Assembly: GCA_965140785.1 (NCBI GenBank)
Contig: OZ223481.1
Span: forward strand, 672,001 to 736,000
Length of the DNA stretch: 64,000 nucleotides
Direction: 5' to 3'
From: an uncultured Ruficoccus sp.
GTDB taxonomy: Bacteria > Verrucomicrobiota > Verrucomicrobiia > Opitutales > Cerasicoccaceae
The notes beneath the pieces were generated by a model. The model was not told the DNA's origin. It saw only the letters and a program-made list of their open reading frames with translations, and did no database searches. Every line of letters begins with the position of its first letter. Position 1 is the stretch's first letter. The position numbers and the translations under genes were made by a program. Positions 58,502-64,000 of the stretch are shown piece by piece.

Positions 58502-59958
58502 ATGACAAAGACAGCGGTTTCCCAGCGCACTCCTTGGCTCGGGGCTGTCATACTCCTTCTCGCGGCGCAGACGGTACTGGTTGCCGATTATGCTTCCAGC
58601 TACGACTTGCGGGACTACGGCTTGGTCACCCGCGTCGAGGACCAGGGGGATCTCGGCGACTGCTGGGCCTTCGCCTCGACCACGACCTTCGAGAGCGCCG
58701 TGCTCAAGTCCGGGCTCGAGACGGATCCCTACAGCCCGAATGTCCAGCTCTTGCAGTGGCACCTGGCCACCCGCAGCGGCGTCTCGCTGGTGCTCACGCC
58801 CACTTTCGAGGACGGGTACCCGAGCTACCAGGGCTGGGGCGGTAACGTATATGAATCCGTCGCCTACTATATACGCGGCCGGGGAGCCTGGAACTCGCCG
58901 GAGCCGGACCCCAGCATTCCGCAGATCGGTGGTGGCGCTGTCCTTCTGGGCTCAAGCCCACTCAACGACTACCCGCTGCAGGCGGCCGAGTCCGGCCAGG
59001 ATCTCAGCCCCTACATCCCGCCGGTATCCCAGCCCCTGGCCTACGGCGTGCGCAACGCCTACATGATCAACAAAGACAACTATTCCGCCGCCCAACAGGT
59101 CAACCGCATCAAGTCCGCCCTCAACAATTACGGGGCGGTGGGCACGACTATCTATATGGATCAGTCGCAGGTCAACCCGACGACGTACACCTATCTTTAT
59201 GAGGGTCGAAGAACACGAACCACGTAGTGACCATCGTCGGATGGGACGATAACAAGGCGGTCACGGGCGCTACCAGTAACGGCGCCTGGCTCATACAGAA
59301 CTCCTGGGGAGACGACTGGGCGGATGCCGGCTACTTCTGGATTTCCTATGAAGACACGCATGCCGGTAAGACCTCGAACATGGCGCTCGAGGTTATGTCG
59401 ATGGGCGAGTACGCCTCCACGGTGCTGCAAAATCAGCTATTTTTCCCCGGACAGGTGCGTCAACTGGAGGATCTCAGCACCATGCAACTGGCCAGTATCC
59501 TGACCTCCTCCGAGGCGGGCGTACTTGATGCTATTGGCATCGTCACTTACTACGACGAGCTCATTGTCACCATCAGCATCTATGTCAGTTGGGATGACGT
59601 GAATAACATGCCCGATACCCTCTTGCCGGAGTACACGGTGACGACGCAAATCGACCTGGCCGGGTATCACCTGATCGACCTGGAGGAGGACTACGCCTAC
59701 TTCGCCGACCAGGAGATTGTTGTCGTGGTCGAGTACGAAGGGGACGTATTTTACTATGACGACGAAAGCGAGCTGCACGAAGGCGTTTCCTATGTCTTCG
59801 ACGGCGAGGAGTGGGTGGACCTGGCTCTGGTCGATTCGCCCGGCACGCTGTTTGTCAAAGGCTACACGCTCGTGCCTGAGCCCGCCGAATGGGCTGCGCT
59901 GGCCGGGCTGGCCGCCGTCGTGTTCGTCGTGATCCGCCGCCGGAAGGCGGTTGCCTAG
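58502..59958 (+). pseudogene. C1 (papain-like) peptidase with PEP-CTERM anchor, frameshifted near 59204 (possibly assembly error)
   Basis: QGDLGDCWAF; NHVVTIVGWDD, IQNSWG and VPEPAEWAALAGLAAVVFVVIRRRK in the second frame. Confidence 0.82.
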
Positions 59959-59986
59959 GCCGGGCTTTACGCCCAGACTCCCCGGC

Positions 59987-60844
59987 ATGGATACGCTTAC
60001 CGTGCGCCCCATGCGGCGTGAAGAACTCGACACCGCCGTCGAGTGGGCCGCCTGCGAAGGTTGGAATCCCGGACGGAGCGACGCGGATGTGTTTTGGGCG
60101 ACCGACCCGGAGGGCTTTTTCGTGGCCGAGGCGGACGGGGAAATCGTCGGCAGCGGTTCGATGGTTTCCTACGGGGGCGAGTACGGCTTTATCGGGTTTT
60201 TCATCGTCAAACCCTCCCGGCGGCATGAGAGCATTGGCTTTCCTCACCTGGGCAACGCCCTCATGGAGAGCGCCCGCCGCCGCCTCCAGCCCGGCGCGCC
60301 CGTCGGCATCGACGGAGTTTTCGCCGCCCAGCAGGCTTACGCCCGTTACGGATTTGTTTTCTCCCATCGCAACCTGCGCATGGCCGGAATCGGCAAGTCA
60401 GCCTCGCCCGCAGGCACCCTGAGCGAGCTCTCCCGCGTGCCCTTCGACGAGATCGAGACCTACGATTTGCGCCACTTCGGTTTTTCCCGGCGGGCTTTTC
60501 TCGAACGCTGGATCGAGCCCGAGGGCGGGCTTGGACTCGGCGCGGTGCGCGAAGGGAAACTGTGCGGCTATGGCGTAGTCCGTCCCTGCCGCGAGGGCTA
60601 CAAGATCGGGCCGCTCTTCGCCGACGATGCCGACGTGGCCGAGGATTTATACTGCGCGCTCAGCGATCGCGCCTGCGGCGAGCCGGTCTTTCTCGACACG
60701 CCCGAGAACAACCCCGACGCGCTCGGCCTGGCCGAACGCCACGGGCTGCGGGAGGTCTTCGGCTGCGCCCGTATGTACCTGGGCGAAGCCCCCGCCACCC
60801 CCTGGCAAAACATCTACGGCGTCACCACCTTCGAACTCGGCTAA
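59987..60844 (+). CDS. GNAT family N-acetyltransferase
   Basis: [27 protein letters not shown]. Confidence 0.85.
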   Translation: MDTLTVRPMRREELDTAVEWAACEGWNPGRSDADVFWATDPEGFFVAEADGEIVGSGSMVSYGGEYGFIGFFIVKPSRRHESIGFPHLGNALMESARRRLQPGAPVGIDGVFAAQQAYARYGFVFSHRNLRMAGIGKSASPAGTLSELSRVPFDEIETYDLRHFGFSRRAFLERWIEPEGGLGLGAVREGKLCGYGVVRPCREGYKIGPLFADDADVAEDLYCALSDRACGEPVFLDTPENNPDALGLAERHGLREVFGCARMYLGEAPATPWQNIYGVTTFELG

Positions 60845-61015
60845 GGCAGGCAGCGCATGCTCTGCAACCTGGATGCAAAGGCAGGGAAAATTCCTTCGGA
60901 CGACTTCCTCTTTGTCTTCTTATGCCGTCTCTTACATCCGACAAGCATTCATGGTAGAGTCGTAGCTATTGGCTGATAGCTCCCGTGTCTTTACGCCTCT
61001 TCGGTTCATTGATTT

Positions 61016-61106
61016 TTTAACCACAAAGGCACAAATGACACAGAGGCTTTTTAAGGGATAAGCCCTGTGCCATTTTCGTGCTTCTTTGTGTTTTTCGTGG
61101 CTTAAA
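61016..61106. repeat. imperfect inverted repeat with ~9-nt periodicity (same class as 3437-3520)
   Basis: ttaaccacaaaggcacaaatgacacagagg ... ttcgtgcttctttgtgtttttcgtggcttaa. Confidence 0.6.
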
Positions 61107-61154
61107 ATGTCCTAAAAGTGAACTGAGGGTCGCTTCTAAAGAAGGCAGCAAGAG

Positions 61155-61321
61155 CTAGGCGACGTGGACAAAATAGCTCATGTCGCCCCCTTTGCCGCTT
61201 TTAGGCCCAAAATCCATGTCCTCAGCTCGACAATTCGTCAAATTGCCTCGCTTCGAAGCCTGAATTTCGGACCCAAAATCGCCTTCGGCTGCTCGTTCCG
61301 TATTTTGTCCACGCGGCCTAG
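61155..61321. mobile_element. MITE (non-autonomous miniature inverted-repeat element)
   Basis: 21-bp terminal inverted repeats ctaggcgacgtggacaaaata / tattttgtccacgcggcctag (2 mismatches); CTAG at both ends; no transposase. Confidence 0.75.
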
Positions 61322-61395
61322 GCGAGCCCACGAACAATAGCGGCAGCGCTTTGCGCCCTTTGCGTCTTTGCGGTTAAATAAACCTCATTTCAACA

Positions 61396-62712
61396 TCAAC
61401 CGTCCGCCGTGGCCGGATCGTAACGCCTTCTGCCGGCGACAGCCAAGAAGCCCGCCCCGAGTAAGAACAGCAGCGAGATCATGCCCATGCCAATGCGGGT
61501 GCTGAGGGTGGGGTGCGCCGGGTTGTTAAAGAGGAGGGCCGAGAGCGCCATCAGGCCCGGCCCGAGGATGGCCGCGCTCTTGCCGATCATCGAGTAGAAC
61601 CCGAAAAAGGCCACCGTCTTCTCCGGCGGGATGATGCTGGTGAAGTAGCTACGGCTGAGCGCCTGGATGCCGCCCTGACAGAGCCCGATCAGGATCGCCA
61701 GGATGTAGATTTGGGAGATGTTGAAGCCGAAAACGACGATCGGCGTGGTGTCGATAAAGGCACCGAAGAAGCTCACCCCGAGGTAGATCAGGATGGCGAC
61801 GAAGATCATCTTGCGCGGTCCGATCTTTTGCCCGAGCAGGCCGAAGAGCAGCGCGCACGGCACGCCCGCTATCTGCACGCAGAAAAAAGCGGTATAGATC
61901 TGCTTCTCGTCGAAGCCGATCGTGCTGCCGTAGTTGGCGGCGGTGGTGATGATCGTATTGACCCCGTCGATGTAGCACTGGTAGGCGATGAGGAACCACA
62001 GGATGTTGCGGCGGCGGATGATCTCCTTGAGCGTTTGCCACGCCTCGACCAGCCCGAGCTGCGCGGTGCGGGCGAGCTTGTGGGGGTTGTACTTGCGCTC
62101 TTCGTGGAAGCGCAGCGCCAGCGGGAGGGTGAAGACCGCCCACCACGCCGCCGCCAGCACAAAGAGAAACCGCGCCGCGGTCTGGCCCGAGGCGAAGCCC
62201 AGCTCCTCGTGAAACTGGGTGATGCCTAAAATCATCACCAGGATAAGGAAGCCCGCCGCATACCCGAAAGAGAAACCGAGTCCGCTGATCGTGTGGCGGT
62301 TCTGCGCGGTGGAGACACGCTCCAGCATCGAGTCGAAAAAAATGTTCGCGCTGTAAAAGCACACCGTCCCCACCAGATAGACGAGGCTGGCCAGCAGGTA
62401 GTCGCCCTCGTTGATCAGGTACATGCCCGCGCAGGCGATCATCCCCACCGTGGCGAAGCGCAGCAGGAGCTTTTTACGGATGCCGCCCAGCTCGGCGATA
62501 CTTCCCAGGATCGGTGCCAGGATAAAAACGCAGAAGCTCGACACGCCCACCGTCAGTGTGAACCAGAAGGTCTGGTCGGCGTCGCTCAGGTGGCCGCCCC
62601 AGTAGGTCTTGTACAGGCGCGGAAAAATCAGCGCCAGCCCGATCATGGCATAGCCGGTGTTGGCCCAGTCGTACAGCGCCCAGGCCAGCGCGCCCTTGGG
62701 AAGTCTTTTCAT
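61396..62712 (-). CDS. MFS transporter (UMF1/YxiO-like)
   Basis: WALYDWAN, GGIQALSRS, FFGFY..GK. Confidence 0.88.
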   Translation of the reverse strand: MKRLPKGALAWALYDWANTGYAMIGLALIFPRLYKTYWGGHLSDADQTFWFTLTVGVSSFCVFILAPILGSIAELGGIRKKLLLRFATVGMIACAGMYLINEGDYLLASLVYLVGTVCFYSANIFFDSMLERVSTAQNRHTISGLGFSFGYAAGFLILVMILGITQFHEELGFASGQTAARFLFVLAAAWWAVFTLPLALRFHEERKYNPHKLARTAQLGLVEAWQTLKEIIRRRNILWFLIAYQCYIDGVNTIITTAANYGSTIGFDEKQIYTAFFCVQIAGVPCALLFGLLGQKIGPRKMIFVAILIYLGVSFFGAFIDTTPIVVFGFNISQIYILAILIGLCQGGIQALSRSYFTSIIPPEKTVAFFGFYSMIGKSAAILGPGLMALSALLFNNPAHPTLSTRIGMGMISLLFLLGAGFLAVAGRRRYDPATADG

Positions 62713-63464
62713 GCCTGGTCGGTCGGGGGGTGCGGTTCAGCCGGTGAGGCGAGGCGCTTGGCCCGGGGGGCTGGCATGACGTTGCGCAGCGGCGAGACGG
62801 AGATAATCTTGCCGATAATGACGGCGATGTACAACTGCCCGGTGACGGCCTCCAGCACGGCGAAGACCCGCGCCGGCACCGCGATGGGCACGATGTCCCC
62901 GTAACCGAGCGTGGTCAGCGTGACGAAGCTGAAAAAGAAGAAGTCCGTGTTCCCGATCACGCCGGCCTCAGGCAGGGCCGAGGAGTGGATACTGAAGGAG
63001 TTGGGATTGAGCATGTCCAGAAAGGTATAGACCAGTGTCCAGTTCATCCCCAGTAGCAGGTACACGCTGATCGCCCCGCACAGGATGTCCCAGTTAACCT
63101 CTTCAGCCGTCACCACCGTGCGCAGAATCTTGACGTTGACCAGCATGTAAAAGGCGAAGGCCATCGGCACGGCGAAGTAGGCGTAGCGGTCTGTATCGGC
63201 GATGAAGTTGACGATATTGATGGCGAAGGCGGGCGCGGCCAGCAGCGCGGTGAAGATGAACGCCCACTTGCTGTCGCTCACTGCCCACAGCGCCGAGAGG
63301 ATGGTCAGAAAACCGATCGCGGCGATAATCGAGCTCAGCCACGGAAAGTCGTCGATGAACGGGTAGGTGATGATCGTGCCCAGCAGCACGACCAGCAGCA
63401 GGGCGAACTTGCCCATCGGCAGATTGCGCCGGTTGCGAAAGCGGATTATTTCGATCAGGTTCAT
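62709..63464 (-). CDS. potassium channel family protein
   Basis: TLTTLGYGD selectivity filter; EAVTGQLY. Confidence 0.88.
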   Translation of the reverse strand: MNLIEIIRFRNRRNLPMGKFALLLVVLLGTIITYPFIDDFPWLSSIIAAIGFLTILSALWAVSDSKWAFIFTALLAAPAFAINIVNFIADTDRYAYFAVPMAFAFYMLVNVKILRTVVTAEEVNWDILCGAISVYLLLGMNWTLVYTFLDMLNPNSFSIHSSALPEAGVIGNTDFFFFSFVTLTTLGYGDIVPIAVPARVFAVLEAVTGQLYIAVIIGKIISVSPLRNVMPAPRAKRLASPAEPHPPTDQA

Positions 63465-64000
63465 GCCAGCATTTCCACGGTTTGGTGTTTTTTAAGGCTA
63501 AGCACCTCGCGGGCGCTGCCGCCGTTGACGGCGATTTCCAGAAAACCTCCCGAGCCGAAGTAGGCCAGCGGCGCCCCTTTCGGCACCTCGCCAAAGGTGT
63601 TGACCAGCGGCAGTCGGTCCGGGTGGAGCGAGACGTGGAGATCGTCCAGATTGAAATGTTCGGTCACCGTTTCGCGCCGCAGGTTGGTGATGGCGTTGCC
63701 GAAATGATCGAAGATGAGGATGCACCCGTGCATGCCCTTGCGCATGACTTCCACCTCCGGCCAGGTCAGGGGGACGAGCTTCTCCTGCGCCGGACCGACT
63801 GCCTCGAACTGTGCGCCCGCCGCCAATTGCGCCGCTGCCGGGGCGAAGATGTCGCGCCCGTGAAAGGTGTTCGAGCACGCCTCGCGCTGGAAGCCCTCGC
63901 CGGTGATTTCGCGGGCTTCATAGTCTTCGAGAAAGCCGAACAGGCCGTTGTCTGGGCCGACAAAAAAACGTCCCCCGGCACGCACGGCGACGGCTTTTCT
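63461..64000 (-). CDS. SAM hydroxide adenosyltransferase / chlorinase-fluorinase family protein, 5' end outside the window
   Basis: GPDNG, TFHGRDIFAP, DHFGN, LEIAVNGG. Confidence 0.88.
   Translation of the reverse strand, partial: RKAVAVRAGGRFFVGPDNGLFGFLEDYEAREITGEGFQREACSNTFHGRDIFAPAAAQLAAGAQFEAVGPAQEKLVPLTWPEVEVMRKGMHGCILIFDHFGNAITNLRRETVTEHFNLDDLHVSLHPDRLPLVNTFGEVPKGAPLAYFGSGGFLEIAVNGGSAREVLSLKKHQTVEMLA

Noticed and set aside
60863..60877. TGCAAcctggATGCA resembling the Zur-type box
   Set aside because: One mismatch and located after a stop codon between convergent genes, with no gene start nearby
63461..64000. Halogenase (fluorinase/chlorinase) pathway
   Set aside because: Gene is partial, has no biosynthetic context, and most family members are SAM hydrolases

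Overview
GC-rich bacterial chromosomal window. PEP-CTERM proteins, an H-X9-DG prepilin and the gene content suggest Verrucomicrobiota, probably Opitutia (inference). The backbone is housekeeping: coaD, pgsA-pgpA, rlmH, metX, yebC, yidC-yidD-rnpA-rpmH, aroQ, rbsK, rmuC, hrpB, pdxH, feoAB, lysA. Four accessory modules stand out. (1) Two duplicated secreted proteins with a variant 'VPFDPG' C-terminal sorting signal flank an HpsJ-like membrane protein otherwise associated with cyanobacterial exosortase systems; each copy has a sigma-28-type promoter (TAAA-N15-TCCGATAA). (2) A probable zinc-starvation regulon is marked by TGCAA-N5-TTGCA palindromes: a His-motif PEP-CTERM/prepilin/surface-protein operon, another PEP-CTERM gene and znuACB, the last next to a Fur-family protein lacking the usual metal ligands. 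(3) An ACP/SDR/acetyltransferase/KAS III/VOC/FkbH acylation cluster. (4) A sigma-54-type Hsp20 pair. Intergenic DNA holds a 167-bp MITE, a REP-like family, periodic inverted repeats, a 12x heptamer repeat and two candidate small RNAs. Six genes, including lysA, carry single-base frameshifts, mostly in short homopolymers, which probably reflect assembly errors. No rRNA, tRNA or CRISPR array was seen. All family assignments are from motif recognition by eye, not database searches.
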